Positions 44,793 to 54,251 of a DNA stretch of 64,000 nucleotides are shown here, one piece after another (within the stretch, counting starts at the first letter, position 1; every line of letters starts with the position of its first letter). The notes under the pieces are model-generated. The model saw only the letters and a program-made list of their open reading frames with translations, was not told the DNA's origin and searched no databases. This stretch comes from an uncultured delta proteobacterium. GTDB taxonomy: Bacteria; Desulfobacterota; Syntrophia; Syntrophales; UBA5619. The stretch lies in assembly GCA_963817385.1 (NCBI GenBank), contig CAWFOM010000010.1, positions 96,001-160,000 of the forward strand, in the 5' to 3' direction. The translations under genes and the position numbers were made by a program.

Positions 44793-44847
44793 TCAGTTGA
44801 GAATATTTTATGAAGCAAGTTCGGAATATCGCGGGATGCGCTCTCCG

Positions 44848-45033
44848 TCAGCTTCTTCCGAAATAGACCAAGGTAAGACCTGCGATAACGGCCAGGGAGC
44901 CCATGATTCGAAGCGTCGTGTCCGGGATGGAGGTCAGTTTGCGCAGGTACGTCTTGAGCTTATCCGGGAATGTGAGATAGGGGAGGCCTTCGACGACGAG
45001 GACCATGCCCATGACGCAGAGAAAATTATCCAT
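44848..45033 (-). CDS. DUF2065-like small membrane protein
   Basis: GMVLVVEGLPY..P..LRIMG pattern. Confidence 0.75.
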   Translation of the reverse strand: MDNFLCVMGMVLVVEGLPYLTFPDKLKTYLRKLTSIPDTTLRIMGSLAVIAGLTLVYFGRS

Positions 45034-45039
45034 GATAAT

Positions 45040-45887
45040 TCAGGTTATCCCTTCAGTCGGTTTCTGTTTTGCTTCTTTCCAGAGCCGATCCATTTCGGCG
45101 AGGGATGAGTCCGCCGGTGTCTTTCCCCTCTCGGCAAGCGCCCGTTCGATATGGGCGAACCGTCGGGTGAATTTCCCGAGAGAGGTCCGGAGGGCCGATT
45201 CCGCATCCACGCGGACAAACCGGCAGAGGTTGACCAACGTGAAGAGAAGGTCGCCGGCTTCATCGTGCATCGCCTCCTGATCGCCTTTTTCCAGGGCGGT
45301 CCTGAACTCGCCGAGTTCTTCGTCCACTTTTTTCAGTACCTCGGCGGCATTGTTCCAGTCGAATCCGACCGCCGAAGCCCGGCGGTGATCCGCTGGGCCT
45401 TTGCCAGCGTAGGAATGGAGCGGGGGACGCCGTCGAACAGACGGGCATCATCGATTCCCTTGTGCTCCACCTCCTTCTTGATTCGCTCCCAGTTATCGCG
45501 GACCTCTTCATCACTCTCCGCCGTGATGTCGCCAAAGACATGCGGATGGCGGCGGATCATCTTCTCGGTGATCGCATTCAGAACGCCGGCAATGTCGAAT
45601 TCTTCAGCTTCCTCTGCCATCCGGGCGAGGAAAAGAATCTGAAAAAGAAGGTCACCGAGCTCCTCCATGAGTGCCGGCGGCGAGCCCCCGTCCAGGGCCT
45701 CGATGACCTCATAGGCCTCCTCGATGAGGTAGTGGGCGATATCTTCCTTCTTTTGGGATCGGTCCCAGGGGCAGCCGTCGGGCGATCTCAACCTGGCAAC
45801 CAGATCGAGCAGTTCCCGGAATTTCTCTTCGGCCTGGAGGGTGGACGGTTTCACCGGGTCGCTCCTTTTTCGATGCAAATCGTTCAT
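45040..45887 (-). CDS. mazG: nucleoside triphosphate pyrophosphohydrolase MazG, split by a 1-bp deletion (probable error)
   Basis: LRSPDGCPWD, EEAYE, EELGDLL, KMIRRHPHVF; one added base near 45381 restores KAQRITARASAVGFDW..EELGEF..EAGDLLF. Confidence 0.92.
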
Positions 45888-47184
45888 CGGGAAGTGCCCG
45901 TCCGAGGAGCTCCACGATGTGCAGGACGGGCTGCTTCAACCCCATCTCCCGGACACCCCAGGCGAGCTGGAGATGGCAGCCGGGGTTGGCCGTGACGAGG
46001 GCGTCGGCCCCGGTGGCCCGGACATGGGCGAGCTTCCGTTCGAGGAGTCTGCGGCTCGCATCGAGCTCCTTGAGGGCGAATGAACCCGCCATCCCGCAGC
46101 ACCAGTTCGATTCCTTCATCTCCCGGAGCTCGACCCCGGGGATCTGCCGGATCACCTGGCGGGGGGGACCGGAAAGGCCCTGGCCGTGAACGAGGTGACA
46201 GGGTTCATGATACGTGACGCTGAGCGGCACTTCCCGGAGCTCCTCGGTCCGGATTCCCACCTCCGCGAGGAATTCGGAGATGTCGCGGATCTTCGCCCGA
46301 AACGACGGAGCCGCTCGTGATCGGCATGTCCTTCGAGGATCTCCTCGTACTCCTTGAGGGCGCAGCCGCAGCCGGCGCAGTCCGTCACGATGTATTCGCA
46401 GTCGAGGCCGAGAAAGAGATCGAGGTTGATCAGGGCAAGACGCCGGGCGGTTTCGCGATCACCCTCGGCGAGGTGCGGGGCGCCGCAGCATTTTACCTCT
46501 TTCGGGGTGACGACCTCGAACCCCTGCTGGGAGAGGATGCGGGCGGTCTGACGGGAGACCTCGGGGAAGACCAGGCTCATGGCGCAGCCGAGGAAAAAGG
46601 CGACGCGGCCCCGTTTCTTCCCCTGCGGCCGGGATGACCGCGGGGATATCGAGGCGGAGCGGCCGGCCGAGGGTGGGGAGGATCCCCTCCATCTTGGCCA
46701 GGACGCCGGGGAGAAACCGGTTGATCCCGAGACGGCGAACGGCCCATTGCATACCGAGGCGCTGGTAGAGCCGGGCGGGCAGGAGGGAGGTCTCCATCAG
46801 GGCCGGCGAGGGGAGCATCCGCTTGAGGATGAAGTCGCGGAGGAATCCGGCGGGCAGGGAAGGGGGGTGGAAGCTCTGTTCCTGGCTCCGGCAGAATTCC
46901 ATGATCGTCCCGACGCGGACCCCCGCGGGGCACGCCGTCGTGCAGGCCTTGCAGTCCAGGCAGAAGAACGCCTCCTCCCCGACGGCCGGGGTGAATTCCA
47001 GCCGTCCTTCCGCCACGGCGCGGGCCAGGGCCGCGCGGCCCCGGGGGCTGGACCGCTCCCGGTTGGTCAGGGCGTAGGTGGGACAGACCGCCAGACAGAA
47101 GCCGCAGCGCATGCACTGCAGGATCGATTCATAACTCGGGGCGTCGGCCGGATGGAAATTGCCCGCGGGGGACGACTCAGGCAT
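45884..47184 (-). CDS. glcF: GlcF-like Fe-S protein (two 4Fe-4S motifs, two CCG domains), two 1-bp frameshifts
   Basis: CMRCGFCLAVCP, CLDCKACTTACP, FFLGC, CCGAPH, YHEPCHL, CCGMAG, TANPGC; shifts near 46620 and 46300. Confidence 0.85.
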
Positions 47185-48604
47185 GGCGCCCTCCCGGAAT
47201 CCGGACGGCCGAAGGAGATGCACCATCGCTGAAGATCTTTCCCGGATTGAGCCGGCCTCCCGGATCGAAGGAGTCCTTGATCCGGCGCATGACGCCCATG
47301 CCGCCCTCGCCGAACTGGCGGAGCAGATAGCCCTTCTTGGCGCTCCCGATCCCGTGTTCGCCGGAGACCGTTCCGCCCATCGCCAGGACCTTTTCATACA
47401 GTTCGGCAAAAAAGGCGTGGACATGTTCGATCTCCGTGCGGTTGCGTTCATCCGTGAGGGCCGTGGGGTGCAGGTTGCCGTCCCCCGCGTGGCCGAAGGT
47501 GGCTACCCGGACCTGGTATTTCTCCTTGAGCCGTTCGATCTCCGCGAAGGTTTCGGCCAGACGGCTCCGGGGGACGGTGGCGTCTTCCAGGATCGTGGTG
47601 GGCGAGACGCGGGCCACCGCCGTCAGGGCGGTCCTCCGGGCGGCGGCGAGGCGGGCCGCCTCGGCGGCGTTGTCCGCCTGATGGATCTCATCCGCCCGGA
47701 CCTCCTCCAGGATCTTCCGTACCCCCGCCGCCTCCTCGGCGACCACCGCGGGATGGCCGTCGACTTCGATCAGGAGGAGCGCCTCCATCTGGCGGGGAAG
47801 GCCGATTGCGGCATAGTCCTCGACGCAGTTGATCGTCATTTTGTCCATGATCTCGAGGGTCGCGGGGATGATCCGGGCGGCGATGATCCTGGATACCGCC
47901 TCGCCGGCGGTGCGGATGTCCCGGAAATAGGCGAGGAGGGTACGCTTATCCTGGGGCGGGCTGATCAGGCGGACCGTGACCTCGGTGATGATCCCGAGGG
48001 TCCCTTCGCTGCCGACGAGGAGGTCGCGCAGCGAATAGCCGGCCACATCCTTGACGCATTTTCCCCCGGTGAAGAACTCCGTGCCGTCGGAGAGGAGGCC
48101 GTTCAGGGCCATCACGTAGTTCCGGGTGACGCCGTATTTGAGACCGCGGAGCCCTCCCGCGTTTTCCGCGACGTTGCCGCCGAGCGTGGAGACGCTCTGC
48201 GAACCGGGATCGGGCGGGTAGAAGAGCCCCCGCGCGGCCGCGGCGTTGAACAGATCGACCGTGATGACGCCCGCTTGGGCGGTGGCGGTCAGATTCTCCT
48301 CGTCGATCTCGATGATCCGGTTCATCCGGGTGAGCCCGAGAACCATGCCGCCTTCGATCGGGGTGCTCCCGCCGGAGAGTCCCGTCGCCGCGCCGCGGGG
48401 GGTGACGGAGAGGCCTTCCTCGCGGCTGACGGCAAGCGCCGCCTTCAGCCCCTCGATATTCTCCGGAAAGACCGCCACGTCGGGAAGGGCGCTGATCTCC
48501 GGGGTGGCGTCATACCCGTAGACGAGGAGGTCTTCTTTTTCATGGTAAACGTTTCCGGCCCCGACCTGCAGCCGGAGATGATCGATAACCGCCTTTGTCA
48601 GCAT
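47177..48604 (-). CDS. glcD: GlcD-like FAD-linked 2-hydroxyacid dehydrogenase
   Basis: PRGAATGLSGG, YPPDPGS, KYGVT, GSEGTLG, GHAGDGNLHP, GEHGIG, LNPGK. Confidence 0.92.
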   Translation of the reverse strand: MLTKAVIDHLRLQVGAGNVYHEKEDLLVYGYDATPEISALPDVAVFPENIEGLKAALAVSREEGLSVTPRGAATGLSGGSTPIEGGMVLGLTRMNRIIEIDEENLTATAQAGVITVDLFNAAAARGLFYPPDPGSQSVSTLGGNVAENAGGLRGLKYGVTRNYVMALNGLLSDGTEFFTGGKCVKDVAGYSLRDLLVGSEGTLGIITEVTVRLISPPQDKRTLLAYFRDIRTAGEAVSRIIAARIIPATLEIMDKMTINCVEDYAAIGLPRQMEALLLIEVDGHPAVVAEEAAGVRKILEEVRADEIHQADNAAEAARLAAARRTALTAVARVSPTTILEDATVPRSRLAETFAEIERLKEKYQVRVATFGHAGDGNLHPTALTDERNRTEIEHVHAFFAELYEKVLAMGGTVSGEHGIGSAKKGYLLRQFGEGGMGVMRRIKDSFDPGGRLNPGKIFSDGASPSAVRIPGGRHA

Positions 48605-48753
48605 GGGACACCTCAAGGGTTATACGCTGGTCGTGCAGCGTTGTTGAATGGTGCATTCGATGGTGAGCGGGTCGATGCATGCGTGGAAGAAGGGGCGCTC
48701 CCGGATGGACATCTGTAAGGAACAATAATATCGAAAGAACGCGCATTTGTCGA

Positions 48754-48840
48754 CCTATATATGGGCAGTCGCATCCGTGTCAAGGTGAAAAATCCGGCGG
48801 GAAATAGTTATTGACAGCTCCGGGAAAGCTTGTTAGAAAT
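48754..48840. promoter_or_regulatory. back-to-back divergent sigma70 promoters (glcD on -, ABC operon on +)
   Basis: Minus TTGACA (48783-48778) with TATA-like -10; plus TTGACA (48811)-N17-TAGAAA. Confidence 0.5.
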
Positions 48841-49043
48841 CAGCGTATTATCGGGGGAGTTGACCAGCGGCGCGCCTTTCCATCCATCCCAACGGGTTCT
48901 CTCGGCCGTCGCAGTCAGATCGTACCCGACCAGCCAGAGATCATATACAAGTACAGGAATATAGTTCGCATTACTGGTATTTTCATCTGTTCTCAGGATG
49001 TCCGATAGACGGATAACCCGACTGCTCCTGTTGAGGTGACGTT

Positions 49044-50114
49044 ATGGATATGAAGCGCGATTACTACGAGGACATCAAGCTTTTCGAAAGCGGGGTCGTT
49101 CTTTTCTGGTCGGCGGCGTTCCTGCTTTTCCTCTTTACCCTCCCCCTGTATGCTCCGAACTATTACATCTATCTCCTGAACATTATCATGGTCCATGTCA
49201 TATTGGCGGTTGGGTTAAACATCCTCGTGGGATCCACCGGCCAAATATCCCTGGGCCATGCCGGTTTTTTTGCCATCGGCGCTTATGGAACGGCCCTCCT
49301 GATGACCAAGCTCCAGATCCCGTTCGTCTTGGCCATCGTCATCGCCGCGTTTATCGCGGCTTTTTTTGGATTTATCCTCGGCCTTCCCGCGTTGCGTCTG
49401 GAAGGCCCCTACCTGGCGATCGTCTCCCTGGGTTTTGGGTTGACCATCATGCATGTCATCGGCGGCATGGATCTCTTCGGCGGCCGAATGGGCATCAAGG
49501 TGCCGCCGCTCGATCTGGGGATCAAGCAATTGGATATCAGTTGGGTTCTAAAAACGGACCTTCAGAAGTACTATCTCATATTAATCATCACGATACTCCT
49601 GGTCGTAGCCGCGAGAAACATTCTTAAAACCCGGGTCGGCAGGTCCTTTGTGGCCATCCGGGACAGCGATATCGCCGCGGAGGTGATCGGCGTGAATTTG
49701 ACCATTTACAAGACCCTGGCCTTTGCCGTAAGCGCTTTTTATGCCGGTATCTCCGGCGGATTGTTCGGCTTCGTCCTGGGGTTCTTCGATCCCTTTACCT
49801 TCAATATGATCCTCTCCATCATGTTTCTGGTGATGGTGGTGGTGGGTGGGTTGGGCACCATCCTGGGGGGTATTATGGGCGCCACCCTGATCACGTATCT
49901 CCAATACGACCTCTTGAAAAATATTGCCGAAGTCCCCTATTTCGGCGCTCTTATGGTGGCCATTTCAAAACAGTGGTTTACCCTGGTGGGTCTGGAGAAT
50001 TTCAGCAGTATGGCGATCGGGCTCATTATGATCGGTATCATCATCTTTGAGCCGCTCGGGATGTTCGGCGTGTGGATACGCATGAAGAAGTACTGGATGA
50101 CGTGGCCTTTCTGA
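49044..50114 (+). CDS. branched-chain amino acid family (HAAT) ABC permease, LivM-like
   Basis: GLNILVGSTGQISLGHAGF, LRLEGPYLA, GRSFVAIRD, VVVGGLG. Confidence 0.92.
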   Translation: MDMKRDYYEDIKLFESGVVLFWSAAFLLFLFTLPLYAPNYYIYLLNIIMVHVILAVGLNILVGSTGQISLGHAGFFAIGAYGTALLMTKLQIPFVLAIVIAAFIAAFFGFILGLPALRLEGPYLAIVSLGFGLTIMHVIGGMDLFGGRMGIKVPPLDLGIKQLDISWVLKTDLQKYYLILIITILLVVAARNILKTRVGRSFVAIRDSDIAAEVIGVNLTIYKTLAFAVSAFYAGISGGLFGFVLGFFDPFTFNMILSIMFLVMVVVGGLGTILGGIMGATLITYLQYDLLKNIAEVPYFGALMVAISKQWFTLVGLENFSSMAIGLIMIGIIIFEPLGMFGVWIRMKKYWMTWPF

Positions 50115-50193
50115 GGGAACCCGCCGCAGTGGCAACGGTATTGTTGGGAAAGCAAAGGTTTTATCAACAGCGTATGAAGAAAGGTGATTGACG

Positions 50194-51069
50194 ATGCCGG
50201 TAGGACAGCTTTTAGTTGAAGGACTGGCGATTGGCGCCTGTTACGGTCTCTTCGCTACGGCGGTGGTGATCATCTATAAGACCTCCGAAGTGGTCAATTT
50301 CGCCCAGGGCGAGATGGCCATGTTTTCTTCATTCGTCGCTTTTCAAATTTTGTCCGTTTATGAATTGCCCTTCTGGCTGGCATTTATCATCACCATGATC
50401 TTTTCCGTCCTGATGGGAGATCTGATAGAATATTGTTTTTTGCGTCCTGCCAAGCATCCCAGCATCCTGGGGATGATTGTGATCACCCTGGGGGCGGAGA
50501 TGTTTCTGATGGGTCTGGCCGGCTGGAAGTGGGGGGCGGAGCAGAAATTTTTTTCGTTGCCTTTGAATCCCTCCGTCACCTATGAGCCTATAAAGGGGAT
50601 GATCATCAACAACTGGGCCATAGCCGTATTTACGGTGGCCACCTCGATCATGCTCATCCTCTATCTTTTTTTCAAGTATACCAAATTGGGGGTGGCCATG
50701 CGGGCAACCCAGCAGAACAAACATGCCGCCAAGATCATGGGCATCCGGACCGAGCGGGTGTTTTCCTTTGCCTGGGGATTCAGCTCCCTGATCGGCGCCG
50801 TCGCGGGGATGTTTTTTGCATCCCGCGCCACCCTGGACCCGGCTTTCATGATGGAACCCTTCCTGCGTGCCTTTGCCGCTGCCGTTCTGGGCGGGCTCAT
50901 GAGCATACCGGGGGTCATTATCGGCGGCGGCCTCATGGGATTGATCGAGAATTTCTTCGGTTACTACTGGCCCCATTGGAAGCCGATTATCGCTTTTCTG
51001 GTGATCATTCTTGTCCTCTGCCTTCGACCGAGCGGACTTTTTGCCAAACATTACGTGAAAAAGGTTTAA
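50194..51069 (+). CDS. HAAT ABC permease, LivH-like
   Basis: VNFAQGE, TKLGVAMRA, AFAAAVLGG, RPSGLF. Confidence 0.92.
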   Translation: MPVGQLLVEGLAIGACYGLFATAVVIIYKTSEVVNFAQGEMAMFSSFVAFQILSVYELPFWLAFIITMIFSVLMGDLIEYCFLRPAKHPSILGMIVITLGAEMFLMGLAGWKWGAEQKFFSLPLNPSVTYEPIKGMIINNWAIAVFTVATSIMLILYLFFKYTKLGVAMRATQQNKHAAKIMGIRTERVFSFAWGFSSLIGAVAGMFFASRATLDPAFMMEPFLRAFAAAVLGGLMSIPGVIIGGGLMGLIENFFGYYWPHWKPIIAFLVIILVLCLRPSGLFAKHYVKKV

Positions 51070-51162
51070 GAGAGTCGGGAAGGATAGGACCAGAGACGCG
51101 TTCATATTCATCAAGGGAAAGAAAAACAGTGAAACGAGATCATGATAACAAAGGAGGAGGCT

Positions 51163-52359
51163 ATGAAGTTGAGAAAAGAAGTGCTCTTGGCATGTATCGC
51201 GGTACTGGCGGTCTTTTCACTTGTCGATGGAACCCAGGCTGCCCCGCCGGCGGGTTTTGATGATAACGAAATCCGCATCGGTCAGTGGGGGCCCCAGACC
51301 GGTCCCGCGGCGCCCTGGGGATCGGTGGCCCGAGGCAGCAAGCTCTTGTTTGATGTCGTAAATGAAGAGGGGGGCATCAACGGACGGAAGATCAAATATT
51401 TCATCAGGGACGACATGTACAACCCGGCCCAGACCGTCGCCGTGGTGAAGGAGCTGGTGGAGCGTCAGGGAATCTTCGCCTTTGTCGGCGGCGTCGGTGC
51501 CGCCTGCGGCATGGCGGTGAAGGACTATCTGGTGGCCAACAAAATCCCCTGGGTTGGTCCTTCCGCCGCCGACCAGGATTTTGTTCAACCGATCGATCCC
51601 TATCTTTTTGCAGTCTATCCGCTCTACAGGGATGAGGCGAATATTCTGGCAAAATACATCGTGGAGAAGCTCAACATGAAAAAGATCGGGATTCTCTACC
51701 AGAATGACGCCTACGGCAAGGACGGTCTGGAGGGGGCAAAGGAACGGCTGGCCACGTACAAAATGAGCCTGGTGGCCGAAATACCGGTGGAACCCACGGA
51801 GAAGGACCTCGCGTCGCAGATCCTCCGGCTCAAGAACTCGGGGGCGGAGGCGGTTCTTTTGTATGTCAACCCGACCGCGGCGGTGATCACATTGAAGACC
51901 GCTGCCAACGTCGGCTTCAAGCCCCAGTGGGTCTCCGCCAACACCCTTTCCGATTATCCTCTGATGTTCAAGATCACCGGTGGGCTCTTTGAAGGGGTTA
52001 TCACCGGCGCCTTCGGAGAGGTCCCGGATTCAACGCATCCGCTGATGGTCAAATATCGCGACGCGGCCAAGAGGCTGACGCCGCAGGAACGCTGGGGAAC
52101 TTTCTATTATGCCGGCATTCTCTTTGCCGATCCGATCGTGGAGGCATTGAAGAAAGCAGGGCGCAACCTCAGCACCGAGGCAGTGATGAAAGCGCTGAAC
52201 TCCATCAAGGATTACCAGACCATCGGTCCCAAGATCACCTGGACGGAAAAGCAGCACCAGGGGACCGATTCGGTCATGATCCAGAAGTGCGGTCCCAATG
52301 CAAGCTACATCCAGCTTCAGGGTTGGACGGCGAACGATCTGGCCACCTGGAAAAAATAA
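51163..52359 (+). CDS. HAAT ABC substrate-binding protein
   Basis: Signal peptide, PQTGPAA, GGINGRKI, DDMYNP, YQNDAYG; RBS AGGAGG. Confidence 0.92.
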   Translation: MKLRKEVLLACIAVLAVFSLVDGTQAAPPAGFDDNEIRIGQWGPQTGPAAPWGSVARGSKLLFDVVNEEGGINGRKIKYFIRDDMYNPAQTVAVVKELVERQGIFAFVGGVGAACGMAVKDYLVANKIPWVGPSAADQDFVQPIDPYLFAVYPLYRDEANILAKYIVEKLNMKKIGILYQNDAYGKDGLEGAKERLATYKMSLVAEIPVEPTEKDLASQILRLKNSGAEAVLLYVNPTAAVITLKTAANVGFKPQWVSANTLSDYPLMFKITGGLFEGVITGAFGEVPDSTHPLMVKYRDAAKRLTPQERWGTFYYAGILFADPIVEALKKAGRNLSTEAVMKALNSIKDYQTIGPKITWTEKQHQGTDSVMIQKCGPNASYIQLQGWTANDLATWKK

Positions 52360-52614
52360 TACGATTAGCCCTCGGGTCGGCCTTCAGGTCCGATAAAGAC
52401 CTGATGGCTTACCCGTGCGGGCGGCGTCGCACCGTATCTGCCAGCCCCGCGATCTGCAAGAGGGCATTGTGTTCGTGGTCCTGGTCGGTTCCGAGGAAAC
52501 ATGCGTGCCGCTTCTCCGGGTGCTGCAGTTAAGGATGACCTCCGGGCACCGTGAGGGGCCGCTCTCAGTCGTCAACGGTATTCGTATATATGATCGGGCT
52601 CACTATCATTAGGA

Positions 52615-53409
52615 ATGGAATATCCGACAATGGATCATTTTACGGTTGAAGATCTCAGTATCAGTTTCGGCGGATTGAAGGCGGTAAAAAACGTCAGTTT
52701 CAGCGTGGAGAAGAATTCGATCTTTTCCATCATTGGACCCAACGGTTCCGGCAAGACCACGATCTTCAACATGATAAGCGGCATCTATAAGCCGGACTGC
52801 GGCCGGATCATCTGTGACGGAGAAAACTTGGTGGGCTGCACCCCCGACCGCATCGCCCGTAAAGGGGTGGCCCGCACCTTTCAGAACATCGAGCTCTTCT
52901 CCAACGCCACGGTTATGGACAACCTTCTTCTGGGCAGACATATCCACATGAAGACAGGGGTATTCACCGGCGCGTGCCTGTGGGGAAGACGGTCAGCGGC
53001 CGCGAAGGAAGAGATACTGAACCGGGAGATCGTCGAGAAAATTATTGATTTTCTCGATCTCCAATCGGTGCGGAATCACTACGTGGCAAGCCTCCCCTAC
53101 GGCAAGCGAAAGCTGGTGGAACTGGGTCGCGCCCTGGCCCTGGAGCCCAAGATACTCCTCCTCGATGAACCTTCCGCGGGGATGAATACCGAGGAAAAGC
53201 AGGACCTGAATATCTGGATCAAGGATATCCAGATTGACTATAACGTGACGATTCTTTTGATCGAGCACGATATGAACATGATCATGGGCATTTCCGATCG
53301 CATATTCGCCATGAGCCAGGGTGAGAAGATCGTCGAGGGTCCGCCGCAGGAGGTCCAGTGCCATCCGGAGGTGATCAGGGCATATCTGGGGGAGGAGCAC
53401 CCATGCTGA
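52615..53409 (+). CDS. HAAT ABC ATPase, LivG-like
   Basis: FGGLKAV, GPNGSGKT, RTFQN, LPYG, DEPSAG, EHDM. Confidence 0.93.
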   Translation: MEYPTMDHFTVEDLSISFGGLKAVKNVSFSVEKNSIFSIIGPNGSGKTTIFNMISGIYKPDCGRIICDGENLVGCTPDRIARKGVARTFQNIELFSNATVMDNLLLGRHIHMKTGVFTGACLWGRRSAAAKEEILNREIVEKIIDFLDLQSVRNHYVASLPYGKRKLVELGRALALEPKILLLDEPSAGMNTEEKQDLNIWIKDIQIDYNVTILLIEHDMNMIMGISDRIFAMSQGEKIVEGPPQEVQCHPEVIRAYLGEEHPC

Positions 53410-54185
53410 AGGTGAACAACATCGAAACGTGGTACGATCTGATCCGCGCCCTGCACGGCATCTCCTTCGAGGTCAAGGAGGGAGATATTGTGGCCCTTCT
53501 GGGCTCCAACGGGGCGGGGAAATCGACGACCCTCAAGACCATCATGCGCCTCCTGTATGACCTCAAGGAGGAGCAGCCCGAAAAAGGCACCATCGAGTTC
53601 ATGGGTGAACGCATCGACCGGATGAATACGGACGAGATTGTGCGGATGGGGATCAGCTACGTTCCGGAGGGCCGGGAGGTGTTCCCGGAGCTATCCGTTC
53701 TGGAAAATATCATGATGGGCGCATATACCCGGAAGGACCGCCGAGCGATTAAAGATGACATGGAGAATGTCTTTACTCATTTCCCCATCCTCAAGGACAG
53801 GACGCATCAAGAGGCGGGCCATCTCAGCGGCGGCGAACAGCAGATGCTCGCCATCGGCCGAGCGTTGATGAGCCGTCCGAAGCTTCTCATGCTTGATGAA
53901 CCGTCGCTCGGCCTCTCGCCGCTTTTGACCCAGGATATTTTCACGATCATCCGGGAGATCAATCAGAAGGACGGCGTGACGATTCTCCTGGTCGAGCAGA
54001 ACGTGAACATGGCCCTGAAATATGCGAATTTCGCATTTCTCATGGAGAACGGCCGGATCGTCCGAGCGGAGAAGCCCGAGGTCCTTCGTGAGGACGAGGA
54101 TGTCAAGGAGTTCTATCTGGGCATCGCGAAAGAGACCTCGATCAAAGGCTACAAGCGGTACCGGCGCAAAGTACGGTTTCGCTGA
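53403..54185 (+). CDS. HAAT ABC ATPase, LivF-like
   Basis: GSNGAGKS, VPEGREVF, LSGGEQQM, DEPSLGL, VEQN. Confidence 0.93.
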   Translation: MLKVNNIETWYDLIRALHGISFEVKEGDIVALLGSNGAGKSTTLKTIMRLLYDLKEEQPEKGTIEFMGERIDRMNTDEIVRMGISYVPEGREVFPELSVLENIMMGAYTRKDRRAIKDDMENVFTHFPILKDRTHQEAGHLSGGEQQMLAIGRALMSRPKLLMLDEPSLGLSPLLTQDIFTIIREINQKDGVTILLVEQNVNMALKYANFAFLMENGRIVRAEKPEVLREDEDVKEFYLGIAKETSIKGYKRYRRKVRFR

Positions 54186-54251
54186 GCCTTGCGCGGCTCT
54201 GCGTACTGAAGGGACCCATCACATGGCATGACGCCAGTCGGGAGAGAAAAA

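Noticed and set aside
45040..47184. Phase variation or programmed frameshifting in mazG and glcF
   Set aside because: Runs are only 2-4 nt with no slippery heptamer or stimulator; sequencing error is simpler
47159..48718. 519-aa plus-strand ORF opposite glcD (likewise 61010-62047 and 55134-56018 on the minus strand)
   Set aside because: Stop-poor antisense frames expected in high-GC genes; the opposite strand carries the family motifs
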